From: Eledone cirrhosa | Taxonomy: Eukaryota | Assembly: GCA_964016885.1 (NCBI GenBank) | Contig: OZ024743.1 | Coordinates: forward strand, 73,098,001 to 73,162,000 | Length of the DNA: 64,000 bases | Direction of reading: 5' to 3' | Part shown: positions 53,203 to 64,000 of the stretch, piece by piece | How the letters are laid out: every line of letters starts with the position of its first letter | Position numbering within the stretch: the first letter of the stretch is position 1 | Made by a program: the position numbers and the translations under genes | Notes under the pieces: model-generated | Told to the model about the DNA's origin: nothing | The model's database searches: none | Seen by the model: the letters and a program-made list of their open reading frames with translations, nothing else

Positions 53203-56200
53203 ATTTCGTTTCTGAATTTGTTTAGCAAGTTTCTTTATCTGAAAACGTGTGTTCAAACCGATATTGTTATACTTTGTGAGGCTCATGTTGCCAATAAGAA
53301 ACACACGCACCAGTTGCTTTCACTTCAAATTATTATAATAAATTTATAAATTTCCGGTTGGTTGGTTGCTTCGACAACCAGGTGTTTTTTTATATATTGT
53401 CAAAGAATACTTTAACAAGAAACTAAAGTGGCTCAAACAGATAAAACTAAATCAAGATACTTTAGATAATATCGATAGATATCCCGACAAAATTTACGGT
53501 ATAAATATGACCGACATCTCATTAACAGATGAATTCAACAACAACAACACAAATATATACGGCAACACTACGGTCGACTCTGTTGAATTATCAGTATTAC
53601 AACTAGCACCTAAGTATGCCACATTTAATAATGTAAATGTGATTAAATGCTTGTCAGAAATAGAAAAATCATTTAGAAAATTACGTTGGAGCCTCAAAAA
53701 CAAAAACAAAAGCAAAAGTAACAACATACGCACACACACACACATATACAATATACACCCCAACAACAACAGACACACACACACAAACAACAATAACAAC
53801 AACACACACAACAACAATAACAACAACACACACAACAACAATAATAACATACTCAGAAACAACAACAACAGACACGCAGACACAAACAACAATAACAACA
53901 CACACAACAATAATAACTTACACGGATACAACAACAACAACACACATCAACAACAGCACACATCAACAACAACAACAACAACAACACACACACATGCAAT
54001 GCCTCTCACCACCACCACAATCTTAACAAACACACAGACACAGAAAACAGGTAATGACAGTAGCACAGAAATAAGGGAAGGTAATAGGATTGAAAGGAGA
54101 AGGGAGACTATGGACAGAGAAAATAACCAGGATGAACACACAGACACACAAAATAGAGTAGATAATAACAATGAGCCAGAAGAAAGAGACAGGAGTAATA
54201 ATGAGAGACATAGAAACAACCATGAGGCTGTTGGTGGAAATAGAAACAACACAACTAACAATAACAATAGCACTAGTACACATAAAGCAGCAGCCTGGAA
54301 CTCTACTTTTTATAATTCTTCCGATAAGTCGTTCGACCAGCGACGAGTCCACGCCACGACTTTAGCTTTTAACAAACGCACGCAATTGCCGTCGCAGGTC
54401 GATGAACAAACAGAAGCACAATTTAGTATAGCTAGATCTAAACTTAGAAATATTATAGAACAGTATAGCAAGAAGCATAATAGAATGGAGGCCAAGCAAC
54501 TGGAAGAAAAATCTGCAAATGGCTTGGGTAATCTCATGCAGCGCTCGCGTAATGGAGAGATAGCATGCTTTCCAACAGACAAGTCTGGCAGAATGTCGGT
54601 TGACAGTCTGCCAAACTGCATCCAGGCAATGCAATCCCACATTACTAACACAAGAGAGGTAACACCACAAGAGCATGAAGATAGAGAAAAAGCCCTCAAT
54701 GCCCATATGATGATGTGGACAAATATAATGCAGTCCAACAAAAGGACTGCCAACAACTTCCAGGCCTGGAACAATGACGTGCCAGCGTTGTATGAGATTC
54801 GAAAAGACCATGAAACGAGCAGTGATCCTGTCCCAGGACCACCAACACGGCCAGCCTGTGGAGCTAACATTGCTAGTAACTACATACTGTCCTACTTCCT
54901 CTCCCTGAACATACGCCCCATCATTGAAATATCCCCAGATGTATGTGACAGCACGGAGGACCTCCTCAGCAGAATCGGCGAGAGTAACCGATCTAGGGAC
55001 CTAACAAACTGTATAATAGGTAGTATGGATGTTGTGTCCCTGTATCCATCTATTGACGTGGATTTTGCTGTGGTGAAATGCGTAGAAATGATCATTGAGA
55101 GCAATGATGAATTCCGTGGGATTGATACTAGTGATCTGGAACTCCTACTTAAACTTACCTATAGTAACAATTATCTAGATACATATGACCTTAGCAACCT
55201 GTGCCCTACAAGACCAGCAAGAGGCAGACCACCTACCATTACCTCAATAGCCAAGAAAACCCACACAGATAGATGGAACCGGTGGACCAGAGCCATACGG
55301 ACCCCCGAAAACCACGATGAACTAAAGAAAATGATTGCACATGCGGTGGGGGCCAGCATAAAATTAACCCTTAAGGAACATATGTTCAAATTTAATGGAA
55401 AAACATATGCCCAAGAGGAGGGAGCAGCCATTGGTGTGAGCATTGCAGGCGACATAGCTAACCTATTTATGGTATGGTAGGACAGTAGACTTAAACTTAA
55501 AGAACAATTAGAAGACCCCTCAACCTTGATAATGTACTCCCGCTCTGTTGATGATATAAACATCGTAGTAAAAACACCCCCACTAGAGAACAGTCAGGAA
55601 TTAGAGAAGAACACAATGGAAAGCATCCAGCAAATAGCTAACTCCATCCACCAGAATATTAGAGTTACTATAGACTACCCAAGCAAACAACCCAACCATC
55701 GATTACCTGTACTAGACACAGAGCTCTGGTTAGATACCATTAATAACAAAAAAACAAATCCTCCATTCCCATTATGCCAAACTCATGACTTCCAAATATC
55801 TGATCCACCGAAACTCAGCTGTTTCGGACCATACCAAAATCAACATAATTATTACGGATTTGGTACGAGTGATGAGAAACGTGTCCCGCATGTGAAACCC
55901 CAAAGAACTAGAGATATTTCGTTTCTGAATTTGTTTAGCAAGATTCTTTATCTGAAAACGTGTGTTGAAACCGATATTGTTATACCCCAAAGAACTAGAG
56001 AGACACATACAACACTTCATCCACCGTATGCAGTTCTCTGGTTACAATCACAGAGATAAAATCAGAGTATATAGAGGAGCCAGAACCAAATGGGAAAAAA
56101 TGGTGAATAATGACACAAATGGGACCTGCCCCCTGTATAGGAGCAAATTTTGGAATAGAATAGAAAGAACTAGGAATAAGGCTAATAGAATAAACTCATA

Positions 56201-57130
56201 GTATGATAGCAATAAATACCAGAGTATAATGTTCATCGATACAACCCCTAGAGGTGAATTAGCTTACAAATTTAGAAAGGCCCTAGATAAACATAAACTC
56301 AATATTAAGATAGTAGAAAGTCCAGGTATCTCCATAAAAACACTTATTAGCAATACATACCCTTTTCAAAGACCTCTCTGTATAGATAAAAATGTATAAT
56401 CTGTAAATTAAGCCCCCATATTAACTGTAAAACTAGAAATGTAGTATATAGCATAAGATGTACTGAAGGACAATGTAGAGATAAAAATATAGTGTACATA
56501 GGTGAGACAGATCGTAGTATAGGAGAACGGACAAATGAACACTGGCGAGACCTTAATGATAGTAAAGAATCATCTGTACTCTACCAACATGCTAAAATAG
56601 AACATAAGGGTAAATTACAGAACATAGAAATAAAAATAGAATCTACACACAGAAAAGACGCAATGTTTAGACCAATTACAGAGGCAATAAACATAAATGA
56701 ACTCCAACCAAAATTAAATAGAAAACATGAATGGAACAGCAACATCACAACTTACAATTAAGGACAAAATGAAAACACACATGCACATAGAACAAACAAC
56801 CAACCAGTAACATGCAAATAAACAAATAAATAAACGAATATAAACACACACGGACACCCGGATAAAGAAAAGAATCCTCAGTCACTGAAGAGGTCACAGA
56901 ATGTGTGACGAAAGAACTTAGACAATATATAAACAATCACCTGGTTGTGGAACCAACCAACCAACCGGAAATTTAAAAAATCCTAAATTTATAAATTTAT
57001 TATAATAAATTGAAGTGAAACTACTGGTGCGTGTGTTTCTTATTGGCAACATGACCCTCCCAAAGTATATCAATATCGGTTTGAACACACGTTTTCAGAT
57101 AAAGAATCTTGCTAAACAAATTCAGAAATG

Positions 57131-57134
<4 letters not shown>
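53203..57134 (+). mobile_element. Neptune-like PLE with an inverted 5' pLTR piece
   Basis: 53203-53401 is the reverse complement of ~56921-57134. (TA)n flanks. HHR-like motif at 56881-56923. Confidence 0.88.
53402..56761 (+). pseudogene. Disrupted PLE ORF (RT + GIY-YIG), Neptune-like
   Basis: TDKSGR, PTRP, GSMDVVSLYPSI, QEEGAAIG, YSRSVDD, LPVLD, FSGY, CKTRNVVYSIRC and YIGETDRSIGERTNEH. Stops at ~55478 and ~56200, plus an insertion. Confidence 0.9.
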
Positions 57135-57206
<72 letters not shown>

Positions 57207-57209
<3 letters not shown>

Positions 57210-57807
57210 TATTGAAGTTTCCGCTAAACATTGAAAAAGTCATAGTAGTGAAGAGTGCTCTATGTAAGTACCAGAGCAAAATGTAATGTATAATAGACAA
57301 TACAATATAATTACCTCATTAACAGAGGTTTCCCGAATAAGACGAATACGAAAAACGTCTTCATTCGTTCGTCGGACAAGGCAATTTAAAACATACTGAA
57401 ATATTTTAAAAGTCTCCTCAAGAAATGCAAAAAATGTATAAATAAAAGTAATGCAAGAGATATATAAAAAAATAAGGAAATATAGTTAGGGCATGTGTAT
57501 ATGTATGTATATACACTCACAAATGTACATATGTGTGTATGTACATATGCATGTGTATGGTGAAAATTTGTGCGTAACTACATATATGAGGGGAAGTATA
57601 TTTGTGTATATGTGACCACAAATACGTATATAATATGAGTTGAAAAAGAAATTGTGAGTTAATATAGTTAACACGCATCCAGATACAGGTATTAAATACA
57701 CATTCGAGTATGAAAGCACGCGTATAAACACACACACACACACGCGGTCACTTATATGCGGAAGATAAAGAGGGAAGGGAGTGTAATAGTAAAAAGAAGT
57801 GTCATTC

Positions 57808-57812
<5 letters not shown>
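57207..57812 (-). mobile_element. Family A pLTR with a CCGACGA hammerhead at 57314-57381
   Basis: Reverse complement of ~52575-53178. Confidence 0.85.
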
Positions 57813-57860
<48 letters not shown>

Positions 57861-57879
57861 TTGTGTGTGTGTGCATAAT

Positions 57880-58270
57880 GATATTAAATAAATGGAAACT
57901 ATATTTATAAAACCATATTTATTCTATTATATATATTTCAAGGGTACCAAAAACTTTGGTACGCTTTCATCAGATAAATTACAAAGTGTGTTTTATAAAT
58001 TTTGACATAGCTAAGGAAACATAATTTATCAGTTGCATTTTCCATGGTCTGTTTCCTTGCCTATGTCAAAATTTATAAAACACACTTTGTATTTTATCTG
58101 ATGAAAGCGTACCAAAGATGTTGGTACCCTTGAAATATATATAATAGAACAAATATTATTTACATTTATTTCATATCATTGAATATTTACTCCAGAAAAC
58201 TGTCGAGTGCTCTGAATCAGTTATAAACATTTATATTTCTTGAATTGCCAAAAATTAAATATACCTCCTA

Positions 58271-58272
<2 letters not shown>
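57880..58272. mobile_element. Family B-like fold-back; HHRs at 57922-57978 (minus) and 58092-58149 (plus)
   Basis: ttttat-CTGATGA-aagcgtaccaa...ttggtaccctt-GAAA-tatata-TA-atagaa. A related fragment lies at 51965-52036. Confidence 0.85.
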
Positions 58273-58355
<83 letters not shown>

Positions 58356-58465
58356 CATTTATTTTTCATGCAACAAATAATTACTATTAATTTTTAACGC
58401 AGAAATACTATAATTTTTTAATTATATTTATGTTTATATACACACATGTATATATAATATATATA

Positions 58466-58576
<111 letters not shown>

Positions 58577-58633
58577 ATAAATATATATATATATGTGTGT
58601 ATAAAAAGAGCTATACTTGTGCATGTGCGTAGA

Positions 58634-58687
<54 letters not shown>

Positions 58688-60209
58688 TATGGGTGGGTGT
58701 GGGTGTTTGTGTGTCTATTTTGTGTATGCCTACAACAGGTTATAATGTGATTTGCAACTTTCAATTTGATAAATGTACAGAGTAATTTACTAAACATATT
58801 TCTCTCCAGGCATCTGTGATTATATGCTGTTTGGTCAGAGATATAATAAAGCGAGAATCTGTAGGTGTAACCTCTTAATGCAGACCTTTATTTTCCTCCA
58901 AATTCGTTGGAAATAAATGTAGATTGACAACAGTCTTTTGTATAGCCAAGCGAAGTTCATTCTCTTGAAGGAACAGCTTGTATATATATATCTGCTCATG
59001 TATCAAGTGTTCATTTATACAACTGTGCTAACATAACACTATCTGTTAATAGTCATTCACGTGGGCAAGTGATGTCCCTGTGTAAAGAAGACTATAATAA
59101 AAGATTCTGTATCTCCGTTTGTATTTATCTGTGTAATTGGAAGCCTCCAGCTAATAAGATAATCAATTACTATGCATAAAAGAGGATAAGAGCTGATTAT
59201 TTTAGTCAAAAGCGACGACACCAAAGAAATTTCTTGATCTTAATGATAATACAGAATCCAGATCTAAATTTGCTATTTTATTTTGATATGGATGATTATT
59301 TTCATTCCTCTATTTTGTTTCCTTCTAAACTATTGTGATAATCTTTTACATACCCACCCACATAAACACTCTTTGAATCATATTTTACAAATAAGCCGAT
59401 ATCATATTCATATCGAAGTATTCAGGTGGGAGGAAAATGATGTCAGGTTTGATGTTGTTCCAAGACTGATTAAAGTAACTGAAAGGTCTCGGCTGAAAAT
59501 ATCAATTGGTTTGATAACTCGGTTCGCTGTTATCTATCTAGCGTCTGAGAGGAAAAGGTACTTCTACATCATTGATCGGCTTTGCAGAATCGGCTGCCAT
59601 ATTCCCTCAAACCAGATTATACCATCATAAATATATACAACATTAGACAATCCGATTCTATATACAAAAGAAAAATATGACTATTGTTAAAATAGCACTT
59701 CATGATCATGGCTGACGTGGGGCTAACTATCAGAACATCACTCTCCAATTCACAGATACACTCAAATACACAGACACACCAATGTGTGTGCATGAACACA
59801 TTACCCCTACATGCTTTACTACGAATCAAGCGGCAAATCTGTTAACTTTATACCCTAGCCAGTTCACAATTCACAATGCCAACGGCAACAACTAGCTCCC
59901 GCACATATGGGAACTGATACTAGAGAAATTCGGACATATGCTTATTGGTCGGCGAAGTGAATAACACGTATGACCGGTAACATATTAATGGGACTTTAAT
60001 ATCTCGTTTGGATATTTGTCTGAGAACGCATAGGGCAGTTTTATATGACTGCCTTACGTCTTTGAAATACGTATAAAGAACAAAATATGGATGTATGAAT
60101 AAAACCGTCTATCCTGTTCATTAATATAAAATTCCGTATGAATAAAATTGATTCACGTTTGTTAAGAAAAAGTCGGCAGATTTTTAATCAACGAACTTTC
60201 TTCAACTGA

Positions 60210-60330
<121 letters not shown>

Positions 60331-60359
60331 TATAGAGGTTTACATATACATAAACTAGA

Positions 60360-61441
60360 CGGATATTTCCAAACGACGTATATTTCCAAAAAGCGAATGA
60401 AACCTCAGGGGGTAGAAACATGATTTTGATATGTTTATGTACAGTTTTTCTTCTAACTTTGATGTTGTACCTAATTGTGTATGGTTAGCTATATGGTTAG
60501 CTATATGTCTAGTCAATTTCTACGGGCTATTAGAAATACTAGGTAAATATTCTGTGGCTGTGGATCGCGGATAAAATACCTATCATTTATTTATCTATTG
60601 TTTCTTCATAGGTACATTTTAAACTTATAGCCTCGTTTAATTGATTGTTTGTGTAGGTGATTATGCTGATTGGGAGAAGAAATACTATATATATTTTATC
60701 AAATGATTCTATGGACTTACCTTCTTATATAATGCTCTGATTGTTGATTATTTAATTAACTAATTCGTCATTGAGCCACATCGTGAATGGTTGCTAAAAA
60801 CATATATATATATATATATATACATGGCTCTGTCTAGTTTATGTATATTTAAACCGCTATATTTTATATACTCGCGAAAGGTTGAGTAAAACTTTAGGCA
60901 GTTTTCGGCTGCGCTTTCTATCAACCAGCCTCCTCGCCGTCGGGCACCAATCACAAGCTTTCTGACGTGACCACTGGCCATGTGACAGTTCTTAGCTATT
61001 TGGAATTCGTTTCTGGCGGGGATCATTTAAGAAAAATCTTTGTCCAATTGAGTTTTTTTCCTGATGATTTCGAAACTCGTTGATTTGTCTATGATCGGAT
61101 ATTTCCAAAAAGTGAATGAAACCTCAGGGGGTAGAAACATGATTTTGGTATGTTTATGTACATTTTTTCTTCTAACTTTGATTTTGTACCTAATTGTGTA
61201 AGGTTAGCTATATGTCTAGTCAATTAGAAATACTAGGTACGGGCTATTAGAAATACTAGGTAAATATTCTGTGGATGTGGATCACGGATAAAATAGCTAT
61301 CATTTATTTATCTATTGTTTGATCATAGGTACATTTTAAACTTATAGCCTCGTTTAATTGATTTTTTGTGTGGTTAATAATGCTGATTGGGAGAAGAAAT
61401 ACTGTATATATTTTATCAAATGATTCTATGGACTTACTTCT

Positions 61442-61442
<1 letters not shown>
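60360..61442 (+). mobile_element. Retrozyme-like element: ~350-bp direct repeats (period ~718), HHR spanning the repeat boundary
   Basis: 60360-60726 matches 61097-61442. HHR at 61057-61137: tttc-CTGATGA-t ttcg...tgaa t-GAAA-cctcaggggg-TA-gaaa. Confidence 0.75.
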
Positions 61443-61505
<63 letters not shown>

Positions 61506-61506
<1 letters not shown>

Positions 61507-61740
61507 TTCGGTTTATATACTTCGGTATTTAATTTGTTTTGCACAAAAACGAAAGGAGAGACAGAAAATAAGAAGCTAGTCACTGAGGAGATCACAGAAT
61601 GTGTGACGAAAGAGCTTTGATATATAAACAACCATCCGGTTATCGAACCAACCAACCAGCTGGAAATTTATAATAAATTGAATTGAAAAACAACAGGTGC
61701 GTGTTTTTATTGGCAGCATGACCATCCCAAATGTAGCAGT
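61506..61740 (+). mobile_element. Solo Neptune-type pLTR with an HHR-like motif (61579-61621)
   Basis: Similar to 56875-57065. gtca-CTGAGGA-gatcaca gaatg tgtgac-GAAA-gagc-TT-tgat. Confidence 0.7.
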
Positions 61741-61744
61741 ATAT

Positions 61745-61820
61745 ATATGTATGTGTTGGTGTAAAGGTAGCACAGTGGTCTGGATAACCAAAGATGTGGG
61801 TTCGACTCCCATGTACGTCA
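61745..61820 (+). other. tRNA-like sequence (SINE head or pseudogene)
   Basis: D-like arm tgttggtgtaaaggtagca, tggt/acca stem, T arm gtggg-ttcgact-cccat. The acceptor stem is weak. Confidence 0.4.
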
Positions 61821-61956
61821 ATACTCATCTTTTTCCATTTATCTGAGGGTTCTAAACCCCATTATCAGGCTTAAATTGCTTTAGTCAAAAATACGGTGAA
61901 AGCTATTCTATTTTCTAATTACAAACCTGCTCACTGTTTCAAAACATACTTACTTG

Positions 61957-62000
<44 letters not shown>

Positions 62001-62232
62001 TATAAATTATATATTATATATATATATACATATATATATGGTTCAGAAATCAATATTGATGTATATATGTATGTTCATATATCGCCAGATTGTTATATAT
62101 ATAACAAAGGTTGCGAACACTAGATTAGATATCTGAAGAACCAAAACGAACCATTAACTCGCTTTGTGGAAATGTCATAGCTGTTTTGTAAGAAGATTAA
62201 TAAATTTATGTAGTGTATCCCTTTCTCTCTCT

Positions 62233-62288
<56 letters not shown>

Positions 62289-62304
62289 ATATATATATAT
62301 ATTA

Positions 62305-63068
62305 CATGTTTCAGTCCTGGGAGTCCTTTTACATCATGGATCACAGGACTCGCGCACCAGGACTGAACAAAGTCTGATTCACCGCCTTCAGTCCTATTCC
62401 CCCTCTTGGACTCTACTCACCTCCCCAATTTCTCTAATACCTCTCCATTATCACACCCCTAGATTCCTATCGCTTTCTCTTGATCATTAGCAGCTTCTCT
62501 TACTACTAATACAGGCCGACTATATATGGTCACTCCACTTTTCCCTTCACTGCTTTGTATACCCACATACACACCCTTATATTAACATACTTTTGCTCAT
62601 AGCTGCATACTTACATGAACACCCACTCTTTTACTCACCTATACACACATTTCTTCTTAGCTTCGTACGGACGTATAACACACACACACGCGCACGCACA
62701 CACACACACACACACACTTGTCTACGCACATGCACAAGTATAGCTCTTTTTACAAAACGTTTTTTTTTCATTTCAGGTAGAGGCGCTCCATCAACCACTT
62801 TTCTGAAAAATAAATCATACACAAAACGCCAGCACCAACAGTTTTGCAAGAGTCAACATGAATGGACCTGTTATTTTTATCTAAAGACATTTTTTCCAAT
62901 TCCATCCTACCCGTCCCCTTAATCTATCTTATTTCTCAATCTTTCTTATTATGAAGGACTAGCGTCCGAAACGTAAAGTCCCTCTTCCTGCTATATCAAG
63001 CGTTAACCTAATATATCACTTCCATATACTGTAGCGACTGTGTTATTATTTCTGTTTACCATTTACAT
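62305..63068 (+). mobile_element. 5'-truncated Penelope-type 3' end
   Basis: GIY-YIG tail SVLGVLLHHGSQDSRTRTEQSLIHRLQSYSP. Degenerate HHR at 62945-62978 (..atga-aggac tagc gtcc-GAAA-cg-TA-aag). Confidence 0.7.
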
Positions 63069-63093
63069 ATAATATATATAAATATTTATATAT

Positions 63094-64000
63094 ATTAGAA
63101 ATTGGAATAAATGCTCTGAAATAGCGATATATATGTGAATATAGACATAGAATATTCGAAAATATTCTGTATGTTTATAATAAACATTTTGAAGACCTAA
63201 TCGCTATAGAATAGAATACGTCACGTATTACAATTAGATTCTCGATAAAAGCAAGGGAAGTAAGTCTACGCGTTTCATTCTTGTTAGAATTCATCAGGAC
63301 TACATATCCAGTGCTTTTATCGAGAATGACACAGCTAGAGACTTATAGAATACTTAGCTGTGTACAGGAACTGGTTTGAAAGAGCGGTTGCCGGTCCGGC
63401 AGAAATTAGAAATTGGAATAAATGCTCTGAAATAGCGATATATATGTGAATATAGACATAGAATATTCGAAAATATTCTGTATGTTTATAATAAACATTT
63501 TGAAGACCTAATCGCTATAGAATAGAATACGTCACGTATTACAATTAGATTCTCGATAAAAGCAAGGGAAGTAAGTCTACGCGTTTCATTCTTGTTAGAA
63601 TTCATCAGGACTACATATCCAGTGCTTTTATCGAGAATGACACAGCTAGAGACTTATAGAATACTTAGCTGTGTACAGGAACATCGAGAATCTAATTGTA
63701 ATACGTGACGTATTCTATTCTATAGCGATTAGGTCTTCAAAATGTTTATTATAAACATACAGAATATTTTCGAATATTCTATGTCTATATTCACATATAT
63801 ATCGCTATTTCAGAGCATTTATTCCAATTTCTAATTTCTGCCGGACCGGCAACCGCTCTTTCAAACCAGTTCCTGTACACAGCTAAGTATTCTATAAGTC
63901 TCTAGCTGTGTCATTCTCGATAAAAGCACTGGATATGTAGTCCTGATGAATTCTAACAAGAATGAAACGCGTAGACTTACTTCCCTTGCTTTTATCGAGA
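63094..64000. mobile_element. 311-bp tandem hammerhead repeat (retrozyme-like), inverted at 63682/63683
   Basis: 63094-63404 repeats at 63405-63682, then in reverse complement. HHRs at 63263-63301 (minus), 63574-63612 (minus) and 63939-63977 (plus). Confidence 0.9.
63939..63977 (+). ncRNA. Canonical minimal type I hammerhead
   Basis: agtc-CTGATGA-attct aaca agaat-GAAA-cgcg-TA-gact. Confidence 0.9.

Noticed and set aside
58750-60160. Possible host exon in non-repetitive sequence
   Set aside because: No recognisable protein motif or convincing splice-bounded frame.

Overview
AT-rich, microsatellite-dense eukaryotic DNA with no supportable host gene. The SINE families and (TA)n/(CA)n/(GATA)n landscape resemble, from memory, an octopus/cephalopod genome; this was not verified. 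The window is almost entirely retroelements. (1) Penelope-like elements (PLEs): three Naiad-type RT+GIY-YIG copies (1.9-4.0, 7.2-9.1, 38.8-41.1 kb), one Neptune-type copy (53.4-56.8 kb) and several 3' fragments. (2) A head-to-tail pair of L1/Tx1-type LINEs in a (GATA)n tract (27.4-36.7 kb), one with an intact ORF2. (3) RTE and R4/Dong relics, two SINE families and a hAT-like MITE. The main unannotated signal is more than 25 type I hammerhead ribozyme (HHR) motifs from over ten families, read by eye on both strands and nearly all in elements bounded by (TA)n. Five sit in short non-coding repeats with periods of about 311, 316, 416, 635 and 718 bp, resembling retrozymes. Many elements are fold-backs joined at their 5' ends. 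The HHRs include unusual variants: a compensatory U3-A8 core, a CCGACGA core, helix II of about 50-105 nt, and mismatched 10.1-11.1 positions. Most short ORFs in the track are microsatellite or antisense artefacts.
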